A stretch of DNA of 55,972 bases, the filler included, from Dimargaris cristalligena (lineage: Eukaryota): assembly GCA_003614675.1 (NCBI GenBank). It is 5 parts of 5 records of this genome, joined end to end, with 100 filler letters (N's around TTAATTAATTAA, not from the genome) between each part and the next. Parts side by side here need not be neighbours in the genome. Positions count along the whole stretch, not along the records: positions 11,236 to 22,368 come from ML003126.1; positions 22,469 to 33,594 come from ML003127.1; 3 more parts are not named here. One strand, given 5' to 3'. Position numbers and translations under genes: made by a program. Within the stretch, counting starts at the first letter, position 1. The number at the start of each line of letters is the position of its first letter. This document shows positions 12,964-26,300 of the stretch, one piece after another. The notes below the pieces were generated by a model. That model ran no database searches. It was not told the DNA's origin and saw only the letters and a list, made by a program, of their open reading frames with translations.

Positions 12964-13682
12964 GGGCGGATTATCCAATCCATATGCCTGCACTTTTACC
13001 ATCTTGAAAGCATTTTTAATAAAGTTTAGCAGGATCTGCATTATTATCCCGGAACTTCATCTCGCCAAATAACTATTATGGGCCAATTGGGTTTGATATG
13101 GGCTTACTATTAAAAAGATATACGAGGAGGGGGAGAGGGGTTAGCAAGAATAAACGTATTATAAAAGCATATATTGTGAACTATAGAGAAGTGGAGGGAC
13201 TGAGAGTGAATTAAAGAGATTTTTCGAGGGAGTTAATGGATTGGAATAGAAGGGAGGGGGAATATTACAGCCGAGCGGGACATGATATATAAAATTAGTG
13301 GAGCAAACCGGGAGAGAATAAAGAAAAAAATAGGACATGTTTACCATATCTGCAACGCATACGCACGAAATAATAAGTTGAGGGTGAGAGATAGTTAGAC
13401 GGGGAAGTGAAGACCGGTAGGCTAAATATTACAACCAATACAGACGGAAATGTGACGGGAAAGTCAAGATGGACGTGGACGTACAAAAACAAAGAAGGCG
13501 CATTAGAAGTAATTCGTTTGGTGAAGATAGAAAAAAACAGCCAAGAGCCAGGGATGGTTAAAAAAATAGATTGACGACGTCTCTGAATACGGATAGCTTT
13601 TCATACAATGATAATAACCGTGGCGGGTACCACAGTTGGGGTAAATAACCATATACCGTGCCATCATTAAATAATAATAGAA

Positions 13683-16600
13683 TTAAGCCTTGTCCGATAC
13701 CTCCGAGCTCACGGGGTTAGTCTGGGTATCTACGCCGGATTCACCATTGTCAACATCGGGGGTTTCCATGGCCACTGCAATGGGGGTTTCTTCCACTGTT
13801 TCAGTCTGGCAGGATTTACTAACCGCCGACCACAGCCGGTCGGCCCATTTCTGTTTGAGGGTCCGCACCTCCAGAGTCAGGTTACGGTTTTCATCAAACA
13901 GGGTGTCCAATTGCGTGCGATGTTGGGTCCGGACATTGGCTACTAGATCCCGGAATTCGTTACGCAGGGTCAGTAGCTGGGGGTAGAGTTTGGCGAACTT
14001 CTGGGCATTGAGGCTGTGTAAAGGTGCACCGCCGGGGGTACTAAACGATAGGGATCGACCACTGGATACGGAGGTAGGGGTCCCGGCGTGGGAGGTGGAG
14101 GGCGAGCCGCCGCCACCACCAGAGAGTCGGGCCAGAGACGTGGGGGGTAACAAAGGGGAAAGCTCCATGGTTGATGATATTTCCCCATCCAGGTGTTCGC
14201 TCGCCTGAATGGCCAGACCCTGGCTGAGGTTCGGTCGGAGTAAAGTTCCCGAGGATCTACCAGACTCAAGGGTCGGAGTAGTGACACCCAGGGCCCCTAT
14301 CATAGAAGGGTCGGCAGAATTCCGCCGGGCCTCCATATGCGACTCGTTCATCCCATCCTCAGTGACAGTAGCAGCAGTGGTGGTGGAGGAAGGGCGACCG
14401 AATGGGGATGCTGACCGGACGGAGAGCATAGACTGCTGGAGTAGTGACGACGACAGAGCCGGGGATTTCGAGCCGGGGGCATCAGCCGTGCTGGTCGATA
14501 AGTGCGACGGGGAGTCACTCCAACCGATAATACGGTCCACACGTGATTGGGTCAGGGCGGTTTCCAGCGCAAACACCTGGTGCCGTAAATCATCAATCTT
14601 GTGTTCATAGCGACCCCGTTCCGTCTCGAATTCCTGGCACCGCTTAGTAATACGTTCGAATTGGCTGATGACTTGGTCCAATTCGCGGCGCAGTGCGTCG
14701 TCCCGTTGGTTGAGTTGCTGATCCTTGGCCAGGTATTGGCCGTGCGTCTTATGCAGCTGGGCGGTATGTGCCAGGCGGATCCGACTGAGTTGGGATTCGT
14801 GCTCACTAAAAAGGCGCTTGCGTTCCTTTTCCAGCATGGCGGGTGTGAAGTGGGTGCGCTGGCATTCTACGATGGATTGTTGAAGGTGGGTGGCTTGGGT
14901 CTTATGGTGGTTAACCTCGTCCTCCTTGTCGCGCAGCCGCACCTGTAGGGACTTGTGGGTGGCCGTCAACTGGTTGAGACTGGCCTGGGTGTCTTCCAGG
15001 TTGGTCTGGGTGGTGTCCAAAGTTTCCCGTAGTTGGGCCAATTCTAGAGACTGGTGACCCAATCGCAGTTCCAGGCGATCGATTTGATCATACTGGTCGG
15101 GTACTTGGGCGGCGGGTGGATCAGGGACACTGGTACTGCGACTCAACACATGGGCTTGCTGTTCCTGTTCGAGCTGGGTCTGAATGTCCCTAACGGAGAT
15201 GGCTAATTCATTACGCTGGGTCTCCAAGGTCTGCAATTGGGTTCGCGTGGTGGATAAATCGGCAATGGTCTGACTACACCGTTGTTGAATCAGTCCAATT
15301 ATCCCCTGGTTGTCCGGGGGTGGACTGAGTCCATCGGCATCATCATCGACGTCGTTGTTCGCTGACCCCGATCGGGGCAGGTGCTGGTATAGATCATGTA
15401 GTTGGAAACTCAGTTGCTCCAGACTTTGGTTTTTGGTAGCAAATGCACCTAGGCAATGTTCCAATTGCTTGTGGATGGTTTTGAGGCGAGTCGCCGGATC
15501 AATCAGACTAGTATTGGCTTGGGTGCCGTTATCAAAGGGCATCGGGGAGCGAGGCCATTGGTACCGCTCAAAAGCCAGACCCAGTGTTGCTTCCACCACA
15601 TCCAGATCCCGGCTGATCGACCCTTTGAATTTCCGAATCTGGAATTTCTCCTCCTTAAGGGCCGATTCCGCGGCCGCCTGGGCCTTGGTAGCCGTAGTGA
15701 GGGAGGATTTAAGGTTGGCCGTGTCGTCTTCGATGGTCGAAGTTTCCCCAAAGTGACTGGTGATCGACACGGCGTCATTCATAAAGCTGGATTGCGAGAA
15801 GCGGGACGACGGCTTGGCCCCTTCAGACAGGCGCAGATCGGCAGTGGAGCCGGTTGCCGATACAGGGGCAGTGCTGCCCTCCAGTTGAACAATCCGTTGG
15901 AGAAGTACGGATTTCTCCGTCTTGAGTTCCTCGATTTGGGCCTGCAGGTGGATGCTCGTTTCGGTGGCCTCTTGGGTCCAGGCAGGCAAAGACACACCGT
16001 GCATGTCCTGCTCCAGGGACTCGAGACAGGCCGAAGGGGTACGGAAAATCGCCGGAGAGAGGGCGGTGTTGGAATTGGATATGGAACCGGTGGAGAACGT
16101 GGTGGTAGACCGGCGGAAGGCCTGGGGGGTCTCCGCCGAAGCTTCGTTAGCCCGGGCCCGTTCCAGGTCCTCCCGTAATTCAATGATCAACCCGTCCTTT
16201 TGGTCCAACTGGACGTGGGCCGCATCAAGCGCATCCTGGGAGCGCTGTTGGTCCTCGTGAAGGGATAACAGTCGGCGTTCCATTTCCCGGAGACGTTCCA
16301 TGAAAGGGGCCATGTCGGCTTCGGGGGCCGCGCCCCGGTTGGTGTTACTGGAGGAGTTGCTCTTGATACTGCTACTCCGCCCCAAACGTTCGCGGGACGT
16401 GCTGGCAATCGACAACTGGTCCCGCGAAGATACGGTGGAAATACGGGGCGCCCGGGCCCGGCGCTGGCCATTGATGCAACTCTGGCGGAGAATGGCGGCG
16501 GAGTGTTGAATTAGGAGAATCTGGTTCTGGAAATGGCGCTGATTGAGGGCGCGTAATTCCTCTAGGACCTGAGTCACTTTGCGGTTGGTGTTGTCCAGCT

Positions 16601-18221
16601 GTTCCTTGGCCTGTTTGGCCATTTTCTTGCTGTTAGCGTGCAATTGGGCGAGGGACCGGGCGGCATCGCGCATTTTGACCTCAAGCTCGAGTCGGGTTTC
16701 GAGGCCCCGAATGCGGGTGGTCAACAGTACCTGATCCTTTTTAATGGCTTCTAGGTGGTCTAATCCCATGGGGATAAAGCTGTGGGTATCGTCAATGGCC
16801 CGGGGTAGAACCCCATTGAGAACAAACTCGTCCGTCAAATCGAGTTCGGACGGCAAGTCTTGGGCCAACGTTGATTTCGGGGTAAGCGGTCGGGGTGGAG
16901 GAGGAACCTGAGTGGTGCTGATGTCGCTGGCTTGACTAATCATGAATTCATCGGGGGCTACCTCGGGGAGAGATGCCTCATCGGTACTTGGTGAAGCCCG
17001 GGTCGACATACTAATGAACGTGCTCATGGGCCGGTTATGGGAGGAAATCTTGCGATGGTTGGCTGAGACGGGGCCACTGATTTTATTGACACCTAGGTCA
17101 CCGGAGCTACCCGGGTGGAACGACATGGGGCGGGTGGCCTTATTGTGGATACGCGAGAACCAGTTATCGGTGGGGCTAGTGCCATTAGGGACCATCTGGG
17201 GTTGGTTGGTGACACTGGTGGCGGAGGAGAGGCTGTCAATATGGATGGATTTAATGGCTTCGACACTAGCATTGGAGTGCTTAGGCGTTGGCTGAATCGA
17301 TTCGGGTACGTCGGTTTCGTCACGAACAAGATCCCGGAGAGTGGGGCCCAGGTCGTTCAGAGCATGGGAGGGGTGAACCAGAATAGGGGAGGATATTTTA
17401 AGGGCTGATACTCCGGCGTTGTGAGGCCGTGCCAGTTCATTGGAGCTACGATTGGCTCTAGGAAGGCCAAAGAACTTGGTAATCCCACTAGGGGATTCAC
17501 TCGGTGAGCTTCCGCGTGAAGCCAGCTTAAGATTGTCGAAGGATCCAGACCGGCCACGGGTCTTTAAGGCGAAGGGCTTTTTCGGGGCCTCCAATGGGGA
17601 CAAATCGGCCTGGCCCGCACCGGCGGCATAGGGACTGTTGTAGAACATAGTTACCGGCCGGGCCTGGCTCGTCTTGATCGCCAGAGGTCGGGGCGGTGGA
17701 GCCGGGGATTTGTTAGAATGGAAACGGACCCCGGGTCCCGCCGATGATGCAATACTGGGCCGCGGTGAAGCCGTGCCATCGGACCGACGACTGGGTCTAG
17801 CCGGAGAAGCAGACAGGTCGAAGGACGAGGAATTAGAGGCAACTCCGCTAGCGACAATATGCGGCGAGGGTGTATGGAAACTCGCCTCGCTACTGCCTGA
17901 CGACGACCGGGCTCGGTTTTCGTCGTGGGAATAGACGGAGTCGGGGTGAGTATTTACGGTTTGGGACCGCAGCCGGTTGTGGTATTCGGCCCGCTGAAGA
18001 AACCCGCCGGGTCGACCGTCGGGCGATGACGAAGTCCTTGGGTCGGGATCGGGCGGAGCGGACTCGCGCCGGCTGAAAATTATGGGCGAGTGACGACCAA
18101 CATTATTACCGTGGTCCGTGGTGGCGGAGACGCGGGATACGGGGCCGGTGGAGGCCTGGCTCAGAATAGAACTCCGTTCATCCTGGTCGGGGTCGCCGCG
18201 GGAGGAAGGAATGGGGCTCAC
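13683..18221 (-). CDS. Uds1 (up-regulated during septation) domain coiled-coil protein, 1512 aa, intronless
   Basis: One long ORF with a Ser/Pro-rich disordered N-terminus. Uds1-like motif LEAIKKDQVLLTTRIRGLETRLELEVKMRDAARSLAQLH. Extensive heptad coiled coils. C-terminal blocks (ELDQVISQFERITK..EFETER; LRNEFRDLV) resemble fungal Uds1-family proteins. Confidence 0.8.
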   Translation of the reverse strand: MSPIPSSRGDPDQDERSSILSQASTGPVSRVSATTDHGNNVGRHSPIIFSRRESAPPDPDPRTSSSPDGRPGGFLQRAEYHNRLRSQTVNTHPDSVYSHDENRARSSSGSSEASFHTPSPHIVASGVASNSSSFDLSASPARPSRRSDGTASPRPSIASSAGPGVRFHSNKSPAPPPRPLAIKTSQARPVTMFYNSPYAAGAGQADLSPLEAPKKPFALKTRGRSGSFDNLKLASRGSSPSESPSGITKFFGLPRANRSSNELARPHNAGVSALKISSPILVHPSHALNDLGPTLRDLVRDETDVPESIQPTPKHSNASVEAIKSIHIDSLSSATSVTNQPQMVPNGTSPTDNWFSRIHNKATRPMSFHPGSSGDLGVNKISGPVSANHRKISSHNRPMSTFISMSTRASPSTDEASLPEVAPDEFMISQASDISTTQVPPPPRPLTPKSTLAQDLPSELDLTDEFVLNGVLPRAIDDTHSFIPMGLDHLEAIKKDQVLLTTRIRGLETRLELEVKMRDAARSLAQLHANSKKMAKQAKEQLDNTNRKVTQVLEELRALNQRHFQNQILLIQHSAAILRQSCINGQRRARAPRISTVSSRDQLSIASTSRERLGRSSSIKSNSSSNTNRGAAPEADMAPFMERLREMERRLLSLHEDQQRSQDALDAAHVQLDQKDGLIIELREDLERARANEASAETPQAFRRSTTTFSTGSISNSNTALSPAIFRTPSACLESLEQDMHGVSLPAWTQEATETSIHLQAQIEELKTEKSVLLQRIVQLEGSTAPVSATGSTADLRLSEGAKPSSRFSQSSFMNDAVSITSHFGETSTIEDDTANLKSSLTTATKAQAAAESALKEEKFQIRKFKGSISRDLDVVEATLGLAFERYQWPRSPMPFDNGTQANTSLIDPATRLKTIHKQLEHCLGAFATKNQSLEQLSFQLHDLYQHLPRSGSANNDVDDDADGLSPPPDNQGIIGLIQQRCSQTIADLSTTRTQLQTLETQRNELAISVRDIQTQLEQEQQAHVLSRSTSVPDPPAAQVPDQYDQIDRLELRLGHQSLELAQLRETLDTTQTNLEDTQASLNQLTATHKSLQVRLRDKEDEVNHHKTQATHLQQSIVECQRTHFTPAMLEKERKRLFSEHESQLSRIRLAHTAQLHKTHGQYLAKDQQLNQRDDALRRELDQVISQFERITKRCQEFETERGRYEHKIDDLRHQVFALETALTQSRVDRIIGWSDSPSHLSTSTADAPGSKSPALSSSLLQQSMLSVRSASPFGRPSSTTTAATVTEDGMNESHMEARRNSADPSMIGALGVTTPTLESGRSSGTLLRPNLSQGLAIQASEHLDGEISSTMELSPLLPPTSLARLSGGGGGSPSTSHAGTPTSVSSGRSLSFSTPGGAPLHSLNAQKFAKLYPQLLTLRNEFRDLVANVRTQHRTQLDTLFDENRNLTLEVRTLKQKWADRLWSAVSKSCQTETVEETPIAVAMETPDVDNGESGVDTQTNPVSSEVSDKA

Positions 18222-20501
18222 ATTGGTGCTAAAGACCCCGGAATCCTTGGCGTTGGTCTTAATTTTGTTGAAGGACTTTTTCTTTTTCTACGGGTAGCAA
18301 CCGAGTGAGGGGGTGTAGAGAGAAATATAAAGTACGGGGTGGGCTGGGTTAGTAGGAGGGGTATATTAGGTGGTATGTGAATGGTGGTAGTGGCCGGGAC
18401 GCCTGGGATGAAGGCGATTATTATTCCCAGGAATATATAAATAAAAAGCAGCGGCGGCGGTTCGAGCGGGACAGGTCAGCCGAGCGACTTACGTCTTTGG
18501 TAAATTTCGTTAAGAGCTGCATGGTGAGTAGTCTCGAAGGATGGCCGGGGATAAACCAAGGCCTGGGTAATCGAGCAGAAAGGAAAAAAGGACTAAACTA
18601 AAAGGAGGAGAGATGGTTGCACTTGGGCTATTTTGAAGCAAATAAGACAATAGTGGTAATCAACAGAGGGCAGTTGAGCCCGGGACGGGGCCTAGCACGG
18701 CGGAACAGGTCGGAGGAGCGTCTATGCGGATGAACGGTGCAGAGCAGCGAACTTGGGAAAATAGGAAGTGTGTACTTTAAACGAAGCAACGAAGCCGGCG
18801 GTCAAACACAAGCAAAACGAAGCATTCCCTAGGTGGAATGAGAGAGACCAAGGCTGGGGCGGAATAGGGGAAAGAAGGTTCGGATGGTATGGGTAGGTAA
18901 GTAGGTAGAGTACTACTAATCCAAGAGAGCTGCTCTCCTCTGCCTGGAAGATACCAACGACCTGCGCATATCCTCTCTCTCGTAAGGCCTGCACGAGGGG
19001 ATAAATCAACCATGACATGTTTCCCCACGCTGTGAAGCCATGTCAGTCCAAGCCCCCGCGGCGTCGTCGGCCCGGCTGGGGAATGAACGGTGTATACTAC
19101 TTAAGAAGGCGTGTGTGTGTAATCGCGCCTCGCCATTCTCAAAAATGCGGCTCTAAGCCCTCTCCCCGCACCCTATACTCGGCATAGAACAGCACCCTCG
19201 TGTCGCGCAGTACGGCCGGCGGATCCTGTCGCCCCCCCTGACGAACGGGTCTCGTCAGTCACTCTGGCGCTCTCCCATACTAGAGAGACCCCCCCTCCTA
19301 CTAACGCCCACTCTGCATCCCTCTCATAGAGTGTCGTGTGTGAGTGTGTGGCCAACTGAAAAACCCAACTGGAATTAAGGCCAGATTCAGTCGCTCATTC
19401 CTAACCCACTGTGGACCCCTGAAACTATCCGTGTCGTTGGATGAGACTGCCGGACTGCGCTGGGCCAGTCAACCGCTGGCGAAACGAAGAGAGAAACCGT
19501 TGGCTCCGTCGCAGCTCTCAGACCTAAACCAACGGGATAATGATGCTAAAATCGGGGGAATGCCCTTGCCGAACAGTTGCTTAGCCAGCCCTACCCCACC
19601 CGTCTATATCACCTTGCCGATCTTCTGGCCTTAACCTTGTCATCTTTGAAGTGTCGATCCGCCGCCCTATTTTTAACTAGAAGTCGTCCCATTCCTCTAC
19701 TTCGACAATTACCATAGTCTGGGAAATATCAACGCCAGAAAACGTTCAAGAAGTATAGCGCAGCTAAGATGAATGTGGGCCATGGAGGGTGGCTGAATAA
19801 CGCCCACGTAAGTCAAGGCAGCGGGTAAAAATGATGAACCTTGTGTTAAGGCAGTATAGTGATGGCCCTGCGTCGACTTTGACGAGCAGCACAAATCGAC
19901 CATATTTGCAGAATGCCGTCGGTACATCCACTGGTTTTATAACATATAAGCAGCCGATCGAAATGAATTAACCCGATTCGACCGAATGGCACGCAGGCAA
20001 GTAAGTTCCTTTCCTAAGTCCTATTGTTCTATTGTGACTTTACTTGTCCAATAAATGGCGCTAAAAAATATACGTAGAATGAAGAATGTACGCGGTCAAT
20101 CCCCGCAATGAAGTACTATCGCTGAGTTTATTTAAAGAACAACGCATCTGCGAAATAGACAAGGCCGAAAATCCTTGATAGTATATTAATATATATATAT
20201 ATAATGTGTACTGTGTACAATGCGGCCTTAATTTAAACTCGTCAACCAGTAACTCAGCACTCTTCCCAGTCACATTAATACATTTCTAAATATCCGGGAA
20301 ATAGGAAGAAACAGGCTGCCCACAGATGAATTTCCAACCTAATATTTTCAATGGAGAGTATGCTTCCGGGTTCCCCAGCACCTGGCTGTCTTGGCATGAA
20401 GAGGTGCATTATCAAGGTGGTTTTATAGTATATAATGTATTCACAAATAGGCCTGTAGCGAATGGAGGGCCCACAACATATAAATGATAGATGCCTATCC
20501 C

Positions 20502-22368
20502 CTAGAAAGGGCAGGCAATCACGTCAAGCCATAGTACCAGCCGTTTTTCCCGATTGCAGTACTTCACGAATTCTTCGTAGGCGATGTGGTTCTTGCGTTT
20601 AGGGCGAATGTTGTTAAAAGTTTCGTCCACCAATTGTTCAATGGCGCTATGGTTGAGCGATTCCATAATCGGCCAGTGGGCGTTAGCCTGGTTGTAGTCA
20701 GCTTCATAGGCTAGGGGGTCCGTCGCCGAGGCAGGAGTGGTAGTGGAGGTGGGGACTACCTGCGGGGGTTGGGGCCGCCCGAAGCGGGGGCTATTTAATT
20801 CGTCAGCCACATCTTCCACGTCGGTGGAATGCCGGAGGTGTTCCAGATGGGGGGGTATAGCCACGCTATAGGCCGCGGACATGGGCTGGCCCGGGAGGAT
20901 TCGGGAGCTGTCGAGGGCGTTTTGATCCATAGATATGATCACGTCGCGTAGAGTGGTGATGTGGACATCGAGAAAGGACTCGAAAATCTTGGTCAAATCA
21001 CTTCTTCCGATATAGTTGTCGCCATCGATATCGTAGCATTTGAATATCACTAGAATGTTCAGTGGTCCATGGAAAACGAGTTATACACAGGGTGAGCATA
21101 CATAGTTTCGGATTAGTCCCGCATCAACAAGCGGGTTAGTCAATAGTCAGGTATTAACTAAGGGGGGGGGGTCGATTCACCAATTTGCGGTGTACATGCC
21201 AATGATACAGGCCAGTTAGAATCTAATACCTAGCGGTGCTTAATCAGGGAAGGTGGGTGGTGACTTACATGGAAGGCGTTCCGGAACAGGGGCCTTAGTT
21301 CCGAAGTAAACGGCATAGGCCATTTCCTCAAATGAAAGCAGGCCGTCCTGGTCCCGGTCATAAAGTTGGAAAATGCGTTTGGTAATCAAGGGCCGTCCAA
21401 CCACACAGGGACCGAGGCATTTGTAGTAGGTGTCCTCGTCGATGGCCTCCAAATCACCATGGTCAGTCGCCAAGAGCTTAAACTGTTCATACAGGGCATC
21501 GACTTCGTATTTGTTCACTATAAAGTGGGCATGGTGAGTCCCGAGTTGCAAAGGAAGTGTAATTGAAAGCAGGTGAAATCATTAATTGGTATTAACATAG
21601 CCTTTAGAAATCCGACGCTCGAACGAGAATTCTTCGAAAATATCAGCCACGCGACAGTCTATCGACAATAGTGCAATCCAGTACTTACTTTTGGTCAGAT
21701 TTTGTACATATTGAATTTCCAACCAGGTCAGCACACGCTGTCCGGTTAATTTCCCTAACGAAGGATTGCGGATAATCGGTGTGATTGGGTGCGAAGACGA
21801 GTAGACGATGTGATTAGATAGGTAATTGGGGCAGGCCTGGTATATGATGGTGCTGTTACCGGACAGTTAGGAATACCAGGGGTGTTACTTTAGTTATTTA
21901 ATTCCAATCGCACTTACCTGGATAAAAAGAGCTGCACAGCGGGGCCCGGGGCGAGGCCATGATGGGAATGGGGACACGGATTTTGATGAAAATATGGTGG
22001 GGAAAATGGGTATTCTCGCACTCGCAATTCTCGCATAAGTCAAAGTCGGGGCAGTTGGTACACCGGTAGCGGATGCCACAAATGGGGGAGGTTTGGCAGT
22101 GATTGCAGGTAATGCCCCGGTGAACATAGGCCTCTATGGTTTCAGGGGTAGACCGAATGGGAGCCGTCGGCAAAGAAGAGTATAAAGGGGTTAGTCAAAC
22201 ATATATAAAAAATACCGGTTGAATATCACCGAGCCACCGGTACCATAAAGGTATGGCCTACTGAACTATAGGTAGGTATATGTATAGGGGAAATAGAACC
22301 TACCTCGGCGTCGCTGGTCGTCCGCGATGGCCCGTAAGAATTTTAATATGTGTCGATCCTCAGCTGGA
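20502..22368 (-). CDS. ZZ-type zinc finger + EF-hand protein, 5'-truncated, at least 5 exons
   Basis: Exons 22368-22304, 22133-21918, 21754-21689, 21517-21269 and 21049-20502 join in frame. ZZ motif HRGITCNHCQTSPICGIRYRCTNCPDFDLCENCE..HFPHHIF. EF loops DRDQDGLLSFEE and DIDGDNYIGRSD. Confidence 0.88.
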
Positions 22369-22468
22369 NNNNNNNNNNNNNNNNNNNNNNNNNNNNNNNN
22401 NNNNNNNNNNNNTTAATTAATTAANNNNNNNNNNNNNNNNNNNNNNNNNNNNNNNNNNNNNNNNNNNN
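22369..22468. other. Artificial contig-join linker
   Basis: N44-TTAATTAATTAA-N44. Confidence 0.97.
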
Positions 22469-23322
22469 TTTTCGGCGGCGTCATCAATGGTCGAACGGCT
22501 GAACCAACTGGTGACCCAGTTCTTGGCGCCTTCGGCCTCTTCAGCGACCTTGTGTTCCGCCTGGCCCACGGTTTCAGCAGCGCCGTCGACGGCCTGGCCT
22601 AACCAATGGGAAGTCTTGTTCTTCACGTCGCCCGCGACTTCACCCGCGACTTCACCGCCTTCCTTGGCGGTGTCGAGGGCCGCGCGGACGGACCGGCTGA
22701 CCGTCTCGCCCACCTTGCTGGTGGCGTCTTCCACCGTTTCCGCAGCGCCCTGCGCCTTGTCGTAAACGGTGTTCAGAGACTGGTTGATGCCGGAACTGGC
22801 CTTGTCCTTGGCGTCGTCAACGACCTCGGCCGACTTGGTAAAGGGCAAGAAGGAGAGCAGCGAGGAGGTATTGTTGTTGTTATCGTTGTTGTTGGAGGAA
22901 GTGGAGGCAGTTGAGGGTTTGCGGTGGCCAACCACTTGCTCGGTGCGGATCTTATGGTCCACAACAACACCATCACCACCACTGGCGCGGCGTTCATAGC
23001 CGCCCCCAATGGCGTCCACGGCATTGTCCATGGCGCTGTGGGCGGTGTCATAAGTTGAGTGCATGGATTGGGCCACGCGCTGACCAGCAGTAGTACCACG
23101 GTTGTCTTGTTCCATAGCTACCGCAGGTCCATTAGTCGTTCGGGCGGATTCCTCGGCCATGGCGCGGATATCAGCCGTAGTGGTGGGAGGGCGGTCAGCA
23201 ATATCGTCGCCCATGTTGGCAGTGTCCGTGTACCGGTGGCGGTAGCCCTGGGTGGACATGGCCGAGACTATCGGGGCAGCCAGGGGCATGGAGGCGGCAA
23301 CTAGAGTAATAGGGTTCGGCAT
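22469..23322 (-). CDS. LEA-like/hydrophilin protein rich in Ala, Asp, Glu, Lys and Thr; 3'-truncated by the contig edge
   Basis: ORF stays open to the contig edge and has GC-rich coding-like codon use. Amphipathic LEA-type repeats: KAQGAAETVEDATSKVGETV, GEVAGEVAGDVKNKT, AEHKVAEEAEGAKNW. Confidence 0.65.
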
Positions 23323-26300
23323 ATTGATGATAGTGGTGGTTTAGTTGTGGAAAACCAAGCAAGTGGGGGGGGAGGGAATAGGTGGGGGAGTTTTGATTGA
23401 TATAAGTTGTTGCGACAGAGACGGTATATGATCTTCTGAGGCAAGCTGGAGGGGAAATATATAAAAAAATAAGGTGGCTTAAAAGAAGAGTGAAAGTGTA
23501 GTAAAACGGTGTACTACTGCCTCCACATGGAAGTTGGCCTTAGTTAGGGGTGGTTTAAGGGAGCAGAATAAAATGGGTTTGGGGGGTTGTGTGTAATAAA
23601 GGGATATAAAAGGGTTCAGGTGTAAATTTGATGGAGTAAAAAACAGGATCCGTGGAAAAATGGATCTATTTAAATAGGTAGCTTGAAGCAGAGCCCTAGC
23701 GACGCAGTGGTGGTGGCGGGGGCTGCTTGCGATCTGCCCTATCTCCGATGGCCCTCGTTGCCACTAGGTGCTCCGCCCAGGGCACGGTCATTGACCAAAG
23801 TATCCAATAGTCAACGGTATCCTATATAACATAGGGCGTAGGCTGGTTGAACAAAATAAGCAATGTATTGGATGAGGGGCGAGGTCTTGTTTTAACTTGG
23901 TGATAAGATAACCCGCCGACTCTCGTTGAGCTCACCTTGACGTCAATGAAGAGCTATGAAAAATAATGAATTTCGGCGTTTCTATATAATAATTTATATA
24001 TGGATCGATATGATTGAATGATCTCTCCCCCTCTATAGTCACCACCGCTCGGGTATTTTTATTGACGCAAAAACAAAAGGTATATATGGCTAACTAGGCT
24101 TTGCCCTCTTCTTTGCCACGGTTGGCTATGTATCATTATCTGAGAAGATTTATTTGTCCGTTATTTTCCACTAGGTTACAATATAAGAGATGCCACTAGC
24201 AACTATAGTTCTAACGACATGATAAAAATAATCTAAATGATTGCCTAATATTTCTTGAGGGCCCGTCGGAGAGACCATTTGTCGCCAAAACCTACAATTG
24301 TTATGATAGCGACCATGGGTATAATATATATTACGTATGAATATTTTTTTGGTTTTTCAGCCAATTATCATTCGGCAGTCGGCTTACCGGAAATCTAGCT
24401 CGCTTCAATGACGGTGCGGGTACATAAATAACACAGTGATTTAAGTGTTATTACTAAGTTTGGCATTTTCGGTATACTTTTGACGTGGAGGGTATGTTGA
24501 TGTGCGTAACACTCCTCCTACTCTGGGGGATGTAGACAATTTACGGGGATGTGTTCTACTAAGCCGAATAAAGGGACCTATTGCAGAGATAATAGATCAG
24601 TAAGTGGCATTGTTGAAAGAAATGGAAATGGAAGAGGTAATAAATAACACCACCCGTCCTCTTTTGGGATTGGTGGTGGTTGCAGTATGGCGATGAAACC
24701 TGGTTAATAAAACATTTCCGTATTCACTTCTACACCCCCCCCCCAGTCCAGCCCATATTGACTGGTGATCCTGGGGACGAATTAGGAGGGGGGAGGGTGA
24801 CTGGTTCGAATACTATATGACCTGTTTCCATGGGGGTAAAATTTCCATCTTATCCAAATCACGTGAAATGGGTTTAGTTGGCGCACGTCAACAGCTCTCT
24901 CCCCACTAGGGGGGGGGGGATAGGGCGCCAAAGTAAAATGTCAAATGGCGGAAGGGCGTTTGGATGAAAATGATTACTAGATTGTTTTTATTCATGAACC
25001 TTGTGGAATGTATGATGCGCATCATGGTCTGTGCCTCGTCCGTCCACTGGACTGTGGTGGGGGTTTTCGACTTGGGCCCCATGTGAGAGAGTACGTGGGA
25101 GAGGAGGGTGTGGGTATGCGAGAGGGGAATTAAAAACCACAGTGGTGGTTGGTCGTCTTCACCGTATTTTGTTTCGGCCATTCCGCTACCAAAGCCCAGT
25201 TAGTTGCATTTGCCAGAACCTCAAGGTGTGTACAATTTACATTATAGCACTCCTCAGACCAGCGGAAACTAGTCGCTGCAGTGGGGCGGATAGACTAGAG
25301 TAATAGAAGCGCATCATCATAGCCTTCCCCACACGTGCACACCAATTGGGAGGAGGGGTTATAAATAGCCTCATCGACTCTGTGGTCTGTCCGCTGCATA
25401 TGTATGTTGTCAAACTGGGGGGAATCTTCTTAGGACAGGCAGGTAAAACAATAGGCAGGAGAAGAGGAGGGGGTCACAGGGATTCCGGCCGGACTGGCAG
25501 ATAAAATGCGCCAGCACCATGCGCCTAGGGAGAGAGTAGGGGCACACACACACACACACTCTAGCCACGAGTGCAGAACTAACACACGCCGCCCTGCCTA
25601 AGAAACCACCTACGTGTAAATATCGTGTCAACAGCTCAGGGAAAACTGCCGGCTTTATCCAAACATAACAACAACAGGCCATGAAGCACACAGGGTCTGT
25701 TGTACGCGTGGTGGTGGTGGTGGTGATATAGTGTAGTCGTGGTGGCCGGAGTCCAATCAATCCATAATGGCCAGAGCCATATGTAGTACGCATGGGGTAG
25801 GCTGCAAAGGAGAAGGGATGTGCGGCTGGGTTAGGCGGATTTCGGGGTACAGCCATGGTGTGGGGTTTATAGGAATTACCGTATCTACTGCCGCACCCGC
25901 TGTCTTGTAATAATAATAGGAGGGAGGTATTTCCTATTTCTCCAGAGGCCTATTTGAGCTTCGTGGGGCCTTTGTGTATTTTTTCACCCGGGCTGAGCGA
26001 ATTGTCGAGGTTCCTCTTCCTATAAATAGGCCCCAAAGACAATGAATGGTACCCGACCCCATGGTTGGAGGAGACTAAAATAGAACCACCCAATGAGAAC
26101 GGGGCCGAAAAGGAGGAGGGGGGGATGGCTTTATCCCCTATCCTGTATACCTCCAGTGGGTTCGCCCCCCTCCTCGTCCACATTGCTCATCCGTGAGTAT
26201 CGAAATAGGCAGTGGTTGCTGCTGCCATGTAAGTAGGAAGGGAGGGCGTAAGAGGATTGTATATTAAATGTACGGTAACGGCATGGCCGGGTGACTAAAG

